NCBI RefSeq assembly: GCF_963921235.1
Contig: NC_086097.1
Location: forward strand, 145,702,001-145,766,000
Direction of reading: 5' to 3'
Source of the DNA: Mobula hypostoma
Lineage: Eukaryota
Length of the DNA: 64,000 nucleotides
In this document: positions 24,936 through 39,422 of the stretch, one piece after another
Layout: each line of letters opens with the position of its first letter
How positions within the stretch are numbered: the stretch's first letter is position 1
Notes under the pieces: generated by a model
The model's input: only the letters and a program-made list of their open reading frames with translations
Database searches by the model: none
Told to the model about the DNA's origin: nothing
Translations under genes and position numbers: made by a program

Positions 24936-25627
24936 GTACACAGTGACAGGACATAGGGGAACAAGTTGATCTATTATATTTCTTAGTATTCTGTGGATAT
25001 GCAACCTGGATTATTCTCTATCTGCTACAACCTATATTATTTTTTACTCAGTCATCTTTGAAAACCCAATCCGTCAGTCTTCAATTAACATTTTCCTTTC
25101 TTTAGGATGTCGTTGGTAAGTCAAACAGTGAAAAAAAAATATTAGCACAGATCTACATCTTTTCATTTTGCAGTATATTTCCATCTAAGGATAAAAATTG
25201 AAAATACTAGAAATATTCAAGGATAGGCAGAGTCGGTCGAGACGTAAACAAAAGCTATTCTTTTAGGTTGACAATGTTTCATTGATAAAAGGTCTCTGAC
25301 CTGAAATCTTAATTCTGATTCACTCTCCACAGATGCTGTCTGACTTGTTGAGCATTTCTAACATGTTTTGGTTTGTTTCAGATTTATAGCATCTGCTGCT
25401 TTGGTTTATCAATTGCCTTCCTAGGTTAACCTGCTGAGGTATTGGGCAATTCAATCCAAATCAAATTGATAACTAACTGAACAGATGTTTTGGCAAGTGA
25501 AACATGAGCTATCAATTTAAGGTATAAACCCATGCTGATCTTACCCCATGGGCCACTAGACTTCAGATATTCATGTGGAGTAGTTGCGAAGACTGCACTT
25601 TTGCATTATAAAACTGGAGTTCATTAC

Positions 25628-25773
25628 CTGACAACCAGCTGTATAACCATCACCCCCTGCACAGATCATGTCTTTGGTGACCGCGGTTGACCACGAGTAT
25701 GGTGATGAGCATTTATCATAGCTCACCACTGGGAGCAAGGCTTCTTGTAGTTTGGAAGAAATATCACCGTAAG
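25628..25773 (-). CDS. Chymotrypsin-like elastase, exon 6
   Basis: 146 nt: (P)YGDISSKLQEALLPVVSYDKCSSPYSWSTAVTKDMICAGGDGYTAGCQ. Phases 1/0, AG/GT. Confidence 0.97.
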
Positions 25774-26563
25774 CTGAAAGATTGAGAGAGCAAATAAGTG
25801 TAATTAAATTACTTTTTAATATATTTTAAATTGCAATGCTCTTGCCAGACTTTGTTTTGCAGCCTACTGGTGTATGATGGCATTAGTCACTTATGCCATT
25901 ATTTCCTTTGTTTTGCACTATAACATGTGTGTGATTATGCTAAACTCCAGATAAATTCAGACAAACGCCTTAAGCAGTAAATCAGAGAAAAATACAACTC
26001 TATGCACTAGGAGACAATTCAATCTATTTTGGCTATGCAGGTTGTAAAATAGCTAACTAGTCTAATCCCTCCTACTAGCAGTAGGTTGAAGCTCTGCAAG
26101 TTACAGCTCTTTAAGAACATATTAACTACTTCTCAATTTGCTGAGGGGTTCTGTCTCTACTGCTCTTTAAAACGGCGATTTTTAAACTCTAGTAGCTGAT
26201 GAGCTACATTGTCCCATGATTTGTAACCCCTCTGCTAATGGAAACAAGTCCTTCCTATTTAGTCTATCTAGCCTCTTCATAATTTAGTCTCAATTCAATT
26301 TCCCATCAGCCTTCCTTGTTCAAAAAAAAAATCCCCAGCTTCTCTGGTAGCTAAATCTTCCAGTCTTTGCAACATCCTTGTAAATCTCCTCTGAATCCTC
26401 TCCAGTGCAAACACGTAATTCCTAAGCTGAGACCTAGCTAGTATAATTCACAGTTCTGGCAAAACTGTCTGCTATTCTTGGCTAATACAAGAAAGTCGTC
26501 CTATGCCCTTTTAACTTCGTTATTGATGTGACTTGCCATCTCTAGGGATCTCCAAGATCTCTT

Positions 26564-29500
26564 CATAGAAACACAGAAACATAGAAAACCTACAGCACAA
26601 CACAGGCTCTTCGGCCCACAAAGCTACGCCGAACCTGTCCTTACCTTAGAACTGCGTAGGCTTACACATAGGCCTCTTAAAAGACCCTGTCGTTTCCGCC
26701 TCCACCATTGCCGCCGGCAGCCCATTCCATGCACTCACCACTCTCTGCTTAAAAAACGTACCTTTGACATCTCCTCTGTACCTGCTTCCAAGCACCTTAA
26801 AACTATGCCCTCTTGTTCTAGCCGTTTCAGCCCTGGGAAAAAGCCTCTGACTATCCACACAATCAATGCCTCTCATTATCTTGTACATCTCTATCAGGTC
26901 ACCTCTCATCCTCCATCGCTCCAAGGGGAAAAGGCCAAATTCACTCAAACTATACTCATAAGGCATGCTCCCCGATCCAGGCAACATCCTTGTAAATCTC
27001 TTCTGCACCCTTTCTCTGGTTTCCACATCCTTCCTGTAGTGAGGCAACCAGAATTGAGCACAGTACTCCAAGTGGGGTCTGACCAGAGTCCTATATAGCT
27101 GTAACATTACCTCTCGGCTCCTAAACTCAATCCCACGATTGATGAAGGCCAATGCACCATATGCCTTCTTAACCACAGAGTCAACCTGCACAGCAGATTT
27201 GTGTGTCCTATGGACTCGGACCCCAAGATCCCTCTGATCCCCCACACTGCCAAAAGTCTTACCATTAATGCTATATTCCACCATCGTATTTGACCTACTA
27301 AAATAAACCACCTCACACTTATCTGGATTGAACTCCATTTGCCACTTCTCAGCCCAGTTTTGCATCCTATCAATGTCCCGCTGTAACCTCTGACAGCCCT
27401 TCACACTGGCCGCAACACCCCAACCTTTGTGTCATTAGCAAATTTACTAACCCATCCCTCCACTTCCTCATTCAGGTCATTTATAAAAATCACGAAGAGT
27501 GAGGGTCCCAGAACAGATCCTTGAGGCTCACCACTGGTGACCGACCTCCATACATAATATGACTCGTCTACAACCACTCTTTGCTTTCTGTGGGCAAGCC
27601 AGTTCTGGATCCACAAAGCAATGTCCCCTTGGATCCCATGCCTCCTTACTTTCTCAATAAGCCCTGCAGGGGGTACCTTATCAAATGCCTTGCTAAAATC
27701 CATTTACTCTACATCTACGGCTCTACCTTCATCAATGTGTTTAGTCACATCCTCAAAAAATTCTATCAGCCTTGTAAGGCATGACCTGTCATGCTGACTA
27801 TTCCTAATCATATTATGCTTCTCCAAATGTTCATAAATCCTGCCTGTCAGGATTTTCTCCATCAACTTGCTAAACACTGAAGTAAGGCTCACTGGTCTAT
27901 AATTTCCTGGGCTATCCCCACTCCTTTTCTTGAATAAGGGAACAACATCAGCAACCCTCCAATCCTCTGGAACCTCTCCCGTCCCCATTGATGATGGAAA
28001 GATCATCGCAGGAGGCTCAGCAATCTCCTCCCTTCCTTCACACAGTAGCCTGAGGGACGTCCCGTCCAGTCCCAGTGACTTATCCAACTTGATGCTTTCC
28101 AAAAGCTCCAGCACATCCTCTTCCTTAATATCTACATCCTCAATCTTTTCAGTCCGCTGCAAGTCATCCCTACAATTGCCAAGACGCTTTTCCGTAGTGA
28201 ATACTGAAGCAAAGTATTCATTAAGTATCTCTGCTATCTCCTCCAGTTCCATACACACTTTTCCACTGTCACATTTGATTGGTCCTATTCTCTCACATCT
28301 CTTGCTCTTCACTTACTTGTAGAATGCCTTGGGGTTTTCCTTAATCCTGTCTGCCAAGGCCTTCTCATGACCGCTTCTGGCTCTCCTAATTTCATTCTTA
28401 AGCTCCTTCCTGCTAGCCTTATAAACTTCTATATGTCTACCATTACCTAGTTTTTTGAACCTTTTGTAAGCTCTTCTTTTCTTCTTAACTAGATTTACAT
28501 CAGCATTTGTACACCACGGTTCCTGTACCCTACCATCCTTTCCCCGTCCCATTGGAACGTACCTATACAGAATGCCACACAAATATCCCCTGAACATATG
28601 CCACATTTCTTCCGTACGCTTCCCTGAGAACATCTGTTTCCAATTTATGCTTCCTAGTTCCTGCCTGATAGCCTCATATTTCCCCTTACTCCAATTAAAC
28701 GTTTCCGTAACCTGTCCGTTCCTTTCCCTCTCCAATGCTATGGTAAGGGAGATAGAGTTGTGATCACTATCCCCAAAATGCTCTCCCACTGAAAGATGTG
28801 ACACCTGACCAGGTTCATTTGCCAATACCAGCCTCTCCTCTTGTAGGCTTATCTACATATTTTGTCAATAAACCTTCCTGAAGACACCTAACAAACTCTA
28901 CCCCATCTAAACCCCTCAGTCTAGGGAGATGCCAATCAATATTTTGGAAATTAAAATCTCCCACCACAACAACGCTGTTATTATTATTCCTTTCCTGAAT
29001 CTGTCTCCCTATCTGCTCCTCGATGTCCCTGTTACTATTGGGTGGTCTATAAAAAATACCCAGTAGAGTTATTGACCCCCTCCTATTCCTAACTTTCACC
29101 CACAGAGACTCCGTAGACAACCCCTCCATGACCTCTTCCTTTTCTGCAGCTGTGACACTATCTCTGATCAACAGTGCCATGCCCCCAGCTCTTTTGCCTC
29201 CCTCCCTGTCGTTTCTGAAACATCTAAAGCCTGGCACTCGAAGTAGCCATTCCTGCCCCTGCACTATTCAAGCCTCTGTAATGGCCACAACATCATAGCT
29301 CCAAGTGCTGATCCACGCTCTAAACTCATCCACTTTATTCATAATGCTCCTTGCATTAAAATAGACACATCTCAAATCATCGGTCTGAGTGCGTCCCTTC
29401 TCTATCATCTGTCTATCCTCCCTCACACACTGTCGCCAAGCTGTCACTATTTGTGAACCAACCTCCCTTTCCTCCGTCACTTCAGTTCAGTTCCGACCCC

Positions 29501-30703
29501 AGCAATCCTGGTTTAAACTCTCCTCAATAGCTTTTGTAAACCTCCCCACCAGGATATTGGTCCCCTTGGGATTCAAGTGCAACCCATCCTTTTTGTACAG
29601 GTCACACCTGCCCCAGAAGAGGTCCCAATGATCCAGAAATCTGAATCCCTGCCCCCTGTTCCAATCCCTCAGACACGCATCTATCCTCCACCTCATTCTA
29701 TTCCTATACTCACTGTCATGTGGCACAGGCGGTAATCCCAAGATTACTATCTTTGAGGTCCTGCTTCTCAACTTCCTTCCTAACTCCCTGTAGTCTGTTT
29801 TCAAGACCTCCTCCTTTTTCCTACCTATGTCGTTGGTACCAATATGTACCACGACCTCTGGCTATTCTCCTTCCCACTTCAAGATATCGTAGATGCGATC
29901 ATAAACATCCCGGACTCTGGCACCTGGGAGGCAAACTACCATCTTCATTTCTTTCCTGTGTCCACAGAATTGCCTGTCTGACCCCCTAACTATAGAGTAC
30001 CCTATTACTGCTGCCATCCTCTTCATTTCCCTACCCTTCTGAGCCACAGCGCCAAGCTCTGTGCCGGAGGCACGACCACTGTTGTTTCCCCCAGGTAGGC
30101 CGTCTCCCCCAAGGGTACTCAAACAGGAGTACTTCCTTCCCTCTCCTGACTTATCTGTCTCCCGAGACCCTGGAGTAACTACCTGCCTATAGCTCTTCTC
30201 TATGACCTCCTCACTCTCCCTGACCAGACAAAGGTCATTGAGCTGCAGCTTTGGTTCCCTAACACGGTCTCTGAGGAGCTGCAGCTTGATGCACCAAGTG
30301 CAGATATGGCCATCTGGGAGGCTGGAAATCTCCAGGACTTCGCACATCTGACACTGAGCACAGAAAGCTGGCCTCACACACATATTTTCTGTCTGTATTC
30401 TAAACTGATAACCTACCTCGCCTCGATCCCTCATCACTGAAGCCGCATTGAGCCAAAGCCTTCCTGCTCTGTCTCCCTCTACTCTGACACCCACTGTATA
30501 AAGCTGTCCTCTTTTTAAACTCTTCTCGCTGTTCTCACTGGCCGACCTACACACGCTTGCACAGTCGTGCCCTGTTCAAACCGCTGAAGAAATAACCGTC
30601 ACCTTTTAAGCTCTGCTTGTTTTTAAACTCTTCCCGTTGTTCTCACTGGCCAACCTGCACGCGCTTGCTCAGTTGTGCCCCGTTCAAATTGCTGAAGAAA
30701 TAA
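26564..30703 (-). mobile_element. Near full-length CR1 LINE (zinc-finger + SGNH esterase ORF1, APE-RT ORF2) with premature stops
   Basis: CAQCQM...HICTWC, IGYSIVRG, VHIGTNDIG, DGLHLN, CVYFNARSI, VAITE, YRPP, VGDFN, DSDHN, RT motifs. (TTTCTATG)n tail at 26564. Inserted in an older CR1 fragment. Confidence 0.95.
30512..30703 (-). repeat. Tandem ~108-bp-period repeats in the CR1 5' UTR
   Basis: TTTTTAAACTCTTC..TGTTCTCACTGGCC...GCTGAAGAAATAA occurs at 30512-30595 and 30620-30703. Confidence 0.85.
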
Positions 30704-30849
30704 CTTAGTTCATCTACATCACTCAATATCCTCCCATTTACTATGCACTTCTTTACTTTGTTGTACTTCACTAAATTTATTCCCTTATACTTTACTGCAG
30801 TAAATTCAATGTGCCAGCTTTCTGCCCAATTGGCCAAACCATATATGTC

Positions 30850-32255
30850 TTTACTACCATCCCCTCAAAACTAATCAATAAGCTACAACAGCTTGGCCTC
30901 AATACCTCCTTATACAACTGGATTCTCAATTTCCTCACTTGCAGATCCCAGTTAGTTCAGATTGGCAACAACAGCTCTTCCACAATCGGCACAGGTAAAC
31001 CACAATCCGCACAAGGATATATACTTAGCTCCCTGCTCTACTCCCTTCATACTTACGACTGTGAGGCTAAGCACAGCTCCAATGCCATATTTAAGTTTGC
31101 TGATGTAACCATCGATGTTGACCAAATCAAAGGTGGTGCTGTATCAGTATGCAGGAGGGAAATTGAAAATCTGGCTGAGTGGTGCCATAACAACAACCTC
31201 ACACTTAATGTCAGCAAAACCAAAGAGCTGATTATTAACTTGAGGAGGGAAGAAAACAAAGGTCTTGAGTCTGTAGTCATCAGGGGATCAGGGGTGGAGA
31301 GGGTCAGCAACTTTAACTTCCTCAGTGTTGTCATTTCAGAGGATTTGTCCTGGGTTCAGCATGGAAGTACCATTATGAGAAAAGCACAGCAGCACCTCTA
31401 CTGTCTTAGAATTTTTGAACATGTGGCATGTCATCTAAAAATTTGTCAGACTTCTATAGATGTATGGTGGAGAGTTTATTGGCTGGTTGCATCATGGCCT
31501 GGTATGGAAACGCTAATGCCCTTGAAAAGAAAGCCTATGAAAAGTAATGGATAGGGCCCGGTCCATCACGGAGAAAGCCCTCACTACCATTGTGAAAACT
31601 TACATGGAGCACTGTTGCAGGAATGCAGCATCCATCATCAAAGACCCTCTGCCCCACCATTCAGTCCCTGCTCTCTTCTCACAGCTGCCATCACGCTCTT
31701 TTCTTTTCCCCTAACCAACAAATCCCCTGTATCTCCAGCTCGACCCTTCTCCCCATTTCCCTCCTGAGCCAGAGCCAGAGACCTGATCAAGGTGGCTTTC
31801 TTCTGCAAGATCATTTCCCCAACAGTATCCAAAGTGGTATACTTGTTAGGGTAGATGGCCACAGGGGTACCCTGCACAGGCTGCCTATCCCTTTCCCCCT
31901 CCTGTCATTCACCCAGGCTCTTAACCCGTGAGGGTAACTTCACTCAACTTCACTCACCCCAGCACTGAACTGTTCCCATACCTATGGACTCACTTTCAAG
32001 GACTCTTCATTTCATGTTCTCAATATATATTGCTTATTTATTATTATTATTATTATTATTTCTATTTGTTATTTTTGTATTTGCAATGTTGATGTCTTTT
32101 GCACATTGGTTATGTGTCCACCCTGTTGGTTGTAGTCTTTCACTGATTCTGTTGTTTTTTGTTTGTACTGTGAATGCCAGCAAGAAAACTCAGGATTGTA
32201 TATGGTGACCATTATGTACTTCGATAATAAATTTACTTTGAACTTTGAACTTTGA
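30850..32255 (+). mobile_element. Rex1/Babar-type LINE 3' portion with an embedded CR1 ORF1 fragment (~31700-31910)
   Basis: [54 protein letters not shown] and (TTTGAAC)n tail. Confidence 0.85.
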
Positions 32256-33856
32256 GAGCTTTTCTTTTCTTTGTCAACAATGTGACCAGTTTTTGGATCG
32301 TCTAACTTTTTGACATGGTTGTTTAAATTAATTATTAACAGCAGCAAGGGAATCTTTTCAAGAAGTAAAATAGGATATAGTGACACCTATTGGCAAAATG
32401 TCCATGCTGCAATTTTCTTTCAGCTTTACCATTGATAAAGGGTGCAATTTTCCCAGATACTTTAGGCAGTAAATGACCTCATCATTTCACCAAAAAAAGT
32501 TTAAACTGAAATGCAGTTTACCTTGCATGTCACAAAACAATCCACCTTACTGTAGGATTGGAGTCTGGGCTGGGAATGCCTTCCTTTGAGAAAGGTTTGA
32601 TGAAAATTAATGAACATTTGGGAAGTTGTAGACCATTTTCTTCTACCAACAGGAAGTTGATGGTGTGTAAATATGTCCTTGCAGAGGATTTGGGGAAACC
32701 TCTGTCACATTTCACTATTCACTTGCATCTGGAAGTCCTTTTGAAAGAAAGGAATAGGAGGTCAAGAGGCCAGCAATGATATGCCAACTGCTGATTCAGG
32801 AATGGGCAGTAGGGTAAGACTTCACTTCACCTGTAGCACTTTATGGACAGAGAACCTGTTTTACTCTGGAGCTCCTTTACCTGGATCTCCAGGATGATTT
32901 CAGAAAATGTGTTACCCTCACTCTGTCAATGAATTGTCTATTGGTTTGCAATATGAGAAGCGATGAGGCAGACTGTGCTATATACTCTGAGTTTAGGAGG
33001 TGATCTCATTGAAGCATTCAAATTCCTTACGGAACTTGACAACTGAGGTCAGACCCTGTCTTTTCCACCAGCAGCAGGGGTCACTGTTCACACAAAGCAG
33101 TTAACAATCCAGGACAGAGAAAAGAATTTGCTTTCACACATGAGGTAGTAAATTCTCTGAATTCCCAACCCAGGAGGGCTGTGGAGGCTCAATCACTAAA
33201 TATATTCAAGATGGAGTCTAGAGATTTTTGTTATTAAGGGAATGAATGAAAATGGGGGTAATGTTGGGAGTAGAACTGAAGAAAAAGATGAGGAATGATT
33301 TTACTGAATGACAGAGCAAGCAGGAGACCTTACTCCTGGTCCTGAATTTTATGTTCTTAAACCTGCTACTTTATTCCATCTAGCACATTTCTCTCCCTTA
33401 GTAACAATAGGTGGGTAAAACACCTACGAGTGCTACACTATCAAGACTATTAGACAGTTATATCTGCTTGAGCACTTCCTGTCATGTTCAAGTTATGGCA
33501 ATCGCCATCAAGAAGAAAACTGTGTTCACACATTATCAGTTAAGCATGGCAATTAGCAAATATATCATTTGTTCATTAAAACAAATCTCAAGCCATCCAC
33601 CCTGAATAACATGAACATCTTTAGTGTGATTACTTGGACTGGAAATGATACCCTGTATACTTAGACATCTTGGATAAAGCTGTAATAAATTCACTTCACT
33701 TCACTTACCTTACTGATTCCCATCCTGTCTTTGATGTTGATCTAGTTTCCTTTCTTTAGACATCTGTGGCAGTAATCTCCACTTTCTCATCATTACTTGT
33801 ATAAATTATTTATTTGATTTGTTTTGTGGTAGCCTTGTACATTGTTTTGTACTTAC

Positions 33857-33993
33857 GTCTGGTTAATCCCCATCCTGTGATGTAACAGGGATACCCATCA
33901 GGAACGATATCTCCAGCAGCTGGTAAGTGAGCTATTTCTACATCAGGAGTTGAATACGCAGGCTGCTCCAGATGGAGTAGGGCAATGTCATAT
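33857..33993 (-). CDS. Chymotrypsin-like elastase, exon 5 (catalytic Asp)
   Basis: 137 nt: (G)YDIALLHLEQPAYSTPDVEIAHLPAAGDIVPDGYPCYITGWGLTR. Phases 2/1, donor GTAAGT. Confidence 0.97.
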
Positions 33994-35664
33994 CTAAAAG
34001 TCAGAGGATTGAGGTAAAAAGCAATTCCTATATGCCTTACATTGATAAACAATTCCCATTTGCCCCTGAATTAACATATCACCAAATCAGTACTACAATG
34101 TTGCCAAGACCTGAGAGCTCGAGTTATAGGGAAAGGTTGGGCAGGCGAGCACTTTATTCCTTAGCATGTAGGAGATGAAAAGGAGAACTTAGAAAAGTAT
34201 ATGCAATCATGTGGAGCATGAATAGGATGAATGCATGGAATCTTTTTCCTGGGAAAGGGAGTCAAAAAATAGAGGGCATAGGTTTAAGGTGGAAAGATTT
34301 AAGCAGGACCTGAGTAGCAATTTCTTCATGCAGAGAAGAAATATTGAATGAGTTGCCAGAGAAGTAGTCGATACAACAACAACATTTAAAAGGCACTTGG
34401 ACAGGTTCATGGAACGGAAATGTATGGAGGTACTGTATATGCACCAAATGAAGGCAAATGGAACTAGCTTAGATAGGTGTGATGGTTGGCATGGATGAGT
34501 TGGGCCAGAGGTTCTGGTTCCGTGTTGTATTTCACCCTAAAGCTGTGGCCTCTGCTATTTGACACATCCACTCTTGTAACAAGACTCTGACTACCTACCC
34601 TATCATAATTTGGCATGTTTCTATATGTTCATAGTCATAGCCATACTTTATTGATCCCGGGAGGGAAATTAGCTTCTGCAGCTCCAGAGAAAACAATACA
34701 AATCTGCCCAATCTCTCCTTATAGCTTGTAAGGCAACCTTGTGTGCTGGCTCCATGGCACCGAATTAGCCTCCTTTCTTTAACCTCCATGAGGTAAGGGA
34801 GGAGAAATAAAATCAGCCATCATTCTCATGGCTGAGCATTACTTGGTTGCTTTCTACAGAAAATTTACAGTGGATAAATATTTACTGAAACCAGTATAAC
34901 TTTTATTTACATTATGCCTTTTCTGATATTAAACTATCCCAAAGTACTTAACAGACAATGAAGTACTTTGAAAGTACAATAATTATTGTTTTCACAAAAT
35001 CACTGAATGGTTACAGCGAAGAAGGAAGCCAATCTGTCTGCGTGGCCACACTGGTTCTACTAACAGCAGTTCAGCCTTTTCCTATAGCCCTAGAGACTCT
35101 TTCTTCTCAGGTACTATCCACTCCCTTTTAAGTGCTACAATTGAATCTGTCTCCACACTACTCTTGACTATGGACTCCAAGTAACAAACCTTTATCTGAG
35201 GAAAATAAAAACACTTAGTCATGTTCTTAGTCCTTCCCCCTATAAATTGCTTGGGTCCAAGTACCATAACCCCATTCTGAAATCTCGGTCATCAAGCCGT
35301 GGAAAATGATTGGTCTTTAGTATCATTAACTTCTCTTGGCACTTAGCCCCATGGTAGGTATCTACCTAATCTATGCCTTTCCTTATATTAAATACTGCCA
35401 TCCGAGGTTCCAGCATCTCTTCTCTATTCACAAACTGCAACTCCCTCATCCTTGCAGTCATTTTGGTCAGTCTTTCCTGGATCATCTCTAAATAAGTACC
35501 AGAAATATGAAAGAACCAAGGGCCTATTGAGAGCAAAGAATCAAAGATAGAAGAATGGAGTTGGTGCTGCCCCACACCTGTGTTCACTTAGCAAGACAAA
35601 GGACTCAGGGTCTGGACTATATACATATATATTTTGCGTGATTTCATTTTACTGATATCCTACA

Positions 35665-37614
35665 GAGGATTGGGAAGTTTTTAAAAGCTTACAAAAGGAA
35701 ACTAAGAAGGTCATTAAGAAGGAAAAGATTAACTATGAAAGGAAGCTAGCAAATAATATCAAAGAGGAAACTAAAAGCTTATTCATGTATATAAAGAGTA
35801 AAAGACAGGTGCGAGTAGATATAGGACCGATAGAAAATGGTACTGGAGAAATTGTAATGGGAGATAAGGAGATGGCAGAGGAACTGAACGAGTATTTTGC
35901 ATCAGTTTTCACTGAGGAAGACATCAGCAGTATACCGGACACTCAAGGGTGGCAGGGAACAGGAGTGTGTGCAGTCACAATTAAGACAGAGAAAGTACTC
36001 AGGAAGCTGAATAGTCTAAAGGTCGATAAACCTCCCGGACCAGATGGAATGCACCCTTGTGTTCTGAAGGAAGCAGCTTTGGAGATTGCGGAGGCATTAG
36101 CGATGATCTTTCAAAAGTCGATAGATTCTAGCAGGGTTCCGGAGGACTGAACGATTGCCAATGTCACTCCGCTATTTAAGAAGGGGGCAAGGAAGCAAAA
36201 GAAAATTATAGACCTGTTAGCTTGACGTCAGTGGTTGGGAAGTTGTTGGAATCGATTGTCAAGGATGAGGTTACAGAGTACCTGGAGGCATATGACAAGA
36301 TAGGCAGAACTCAGCATGGTTTCCTTAAAGGAAAATCCTGCCTGACAAACGTATTACAATTTTTTGAGGAAATTACCAGTAGGCTAGACAAGGGAGATGC
36401 AGTGGATGTTGTATATTTGGATTTTCAGAAGGCCTTTGACAAGGTGCCACACATGAGGCTACTTAACAAGATAAGAGCCCATGGAATTATGGGAAAGTTA
36501 CATACGTGGATAGAGCGTTGGCTGTTTGGCAGGAAACAGAGAGTGGGAATAAAGGGATCCTATTCTGGTTGGCTGCCGGTTACCAGTGGTGTTCCACAGG
36601 GGTCCGTGTTGGGGCCACTTCTTTATACATTGTACTTCAACAATTTGGATTATGGAATAGATGGCTTTGTGGCTAAGTTTGCTGATGATACAAAGATTAG
36701 TGGAGGGGCTGGTAGTGCTGAGGAAACAGAGAGTCTGCAGAGAGACTTGGATAGATTGGAAGAATGGGCAAAGAAGTGGCAAATGAAGTACAATGTTGAT
36801 AAGTGTATGGTTATGCTCTTTGGCAGAAGAAATAGATGGGCAGACCATTATTTAAATGGGGAGAGAATTCGAAGTTCTGAGATGCAACGGGACTTGGGAG
36901 TCCTCGGGCAGGATACCCTTAAGGTTAACCTCCAAGTTGAGTCGGTGGTGAAGAAGGCGAATGCAATGTTGGCATTCATTTCTAGAGGAATAGAGTATAG
37001 GAGCAGGGATGTGATGTTGAGGCTCTATAAGGCGCTGGTAAGACCTCACTTGGAGTACTGTGGGCAGTTTTGGTCTCCTTATTTAAGAAAGGATGTGCTG
37101 ACGTTGGAGAGGGTACAGAGAAGATTCACTAGAATAATTCCAGGAATGAGAGGGTTAACATATGAGGAACGTTTGTCCACTCTTGGATTGTATTCCTTGG
37201 AGTTTAGAAGAATGAGGGGGGACCTCATAGAAACATTTCAAATGTTGAAAGGCATGGACAGAGTGGATGTGGCAAAGTTGTTTCCCATGATGAGGGAGTC
37301 CAGTACGAGAGGGCATGACTTAAGGATTGAAGGGTGCCCATTCAGAACAGAAATGCGAAGAAATTTTTTTAGCCAGAAGGTGGTGAATCTATGGAATTTG
37401 TTGCCACTGGCAGCAGTGGAGGCCAAGTCATTGAGTGTATTTAAGGCAGAGATTGATAGGTATCTGAGTAGCCAGGGCATCAAAGGTTATGGTGAGAAGG
37501 CAGGGGAGTGGGACTAAATGGGAGAGTGGATCAGCTCATGATAAAATGGCGGAGCAGACTCTATGGGCCGAATGGCCGACTTCTGCTCCTTTGTCTTATG
37601 GTCTTATGGGCTTA
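35665..37614 (+). mobile_element. Young 5'-truncated CR1 LINE
   Basis: Open 431-aa RT/C-terminal ORF 36222-37517 with one upstream TGG>TGA at 36148. (TCTTATGG)n tail. Same subfamily as the CR1 at 47146-53808. Confidence 0.95.
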
Positions 37615-38039
37615 TATGTGTTTGCTATCTTGTATGTATGAGGACTAGGTCTCGAGCTGTGGTGTTGTCTGTTTACTGCTGCTGGGGGAGGCGTTGGGGA
37701 CAGTGTGGCATGGCATCCAGGCTGGAGTTGGCGTTGCCCACCACCCCCCCCTCCCCACAACCAGTATTCACTTGGCAATAGACAAGCTCTATTGTGGTCG
37801 ACTGCAGGTTTTGGCGGCACTGGATGTCTTGAGTTTGATCTCTTCTATTGAGTGGCTGTATTCCTGTTTTATACGTGCTATATGTGCTTTGTGCTGTGCG
37901 TGACTGTTGGTACTGTGTTTTACACCTTGATCCTGGAGTAATGCTGCCTCTTTTGACTGTATTCAGCAGTATGCGTGTATGGTTAAATAACGATTAAACT
38001 TGAATTGAATTGAAAAGTCGATAATATAAAAACCAATCA

Positions 38040-38980
38040 CAGAAGGAGCTATGCTGGTTCTCTGTTATTTATGATATATGTCAATGACATGAATGAAAAT
38101 GTAGATGGGTGGATTAGAAAGTTTGTGGATGTCATTGTGATTGGGGGAAATGTGGACAGTGTAAAGGATTATCGAAGGAGATAATAGGATATAGATCAGT
38201 TGCATACATGGGCCAAGAAGTAGGAGATGGAATTGAATCCAAGCAAGTGATAGGTGCTGCACTTTGGGAGGTCAAATGAAAGAGAAAATATAAAATTAAT
38301 AATGGATTGGCTAATAGCATAGAGGTAGAGAGTGATCTTGTGGGTCCAGGTCCATAGTTCACTGAAAGAAGCTACGCAAGTGGATAAGGTAGTAAAGAAT
38401 GTGTGGCATGCTTGCCTTCACTGGCGGGTAGCTGAGAATAAGAGTAAGTAAATCATACTGCAGCTCTGTAAAACTTTAGTCAGACTGCACTTGAATTATA
38501 CATGCAGTTCTTGTCAGCTGATTATAAGAAGGATGTGGTGAGAGCACAGAAGAGGTTTACCAGAATGCTGTCTGGATTAGTGCTATGAACAATAAGGAAA
38601 GTTTGGATAAACTCAGGCTGTTCTCCTTAGAGCATCAGGGGCTAAGAAGTTATTTAAAATTACAAGAGCTATAGATAGGGTGGATAGTCAGAATTCTTCC
38701 CCAGGGTAGAAATGTTAAACATCAGATGACATGTTTTTAAGGTTAGAAGAGGAAAGTTTAAAGGTGATTTGAGGGGCAGGTTTTTATGCAAAGTGATAGG
38801 TCCTTGGAATAGGTTACTAGGGTTAGTAGTAGAAGCAGGCAGTTTGGTGGAGTTCAGGAGAGATACATGAATATAAAAGGAATCAAGGGATATGGATAAT
38901 ATCCATAACGAGGACACTTAGTATAGATGGGCATCAAGATCAGCAAAACATCATGAGCTAAATGGCTTAGCCAGCGTTCA
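38040..38980 (+). mobile_element. Old degenerate CR1 3' fragment
   Basis: Decayed RT and C-terminal motifs (RKFVD.., VRLHLNYTCSS, RAQKRFTRMLSGL). Confidence 0.75.
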
Positions 38981-39296
38981 AAGTTCTTGTGAAATTAATT
39001 CTGCTAAATTATTTCAGAATGTCTTGAATAATGTAACACTGGACACTCTAGGGTGGTGTACAGTGGATTTTCTTCCCAAGGGTAAAGCAATGTGACACCT
39101 TTATCCCTAAGACATGTAAACAAATTTTAAGAGTTTCTTGTATAATTGCTACAGCTTGTATCTTCCAGAAACTTCGTGCATAATTGGTTATTCTTGAAGT
39201 GAGCTGATAGATATTAAGCAGGCAAAGATACCAACTGTACAGCTATGGAAGAGATCTCAATAGTTGAAAGTTCTAGGTCTTAAAATTCTCAATTAC

Positions 39297-39422
39297 CCAT
39301 TTGTGAGCGACATTGGGTTCCATCTCTCATGACGGATGATTAAATCAACATGTCTCAAATATTCATTGCCTTTTTGTTGCAGATCATGCTCTCCGAGGAC
39401 AACAGCATATCTTCCTGGGTAG
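39297..39422 (-). CDS. Chymotrypsin-like elastase, exon 4
   Basis: 126 nt: (S)YPGRYAVVLGEHDLQQKGNEYLRHVDLIIRHERWNPMSLTN(G). Phases 2/2, acceptor TTTCCCTTCAG. Confidence 0.96.
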
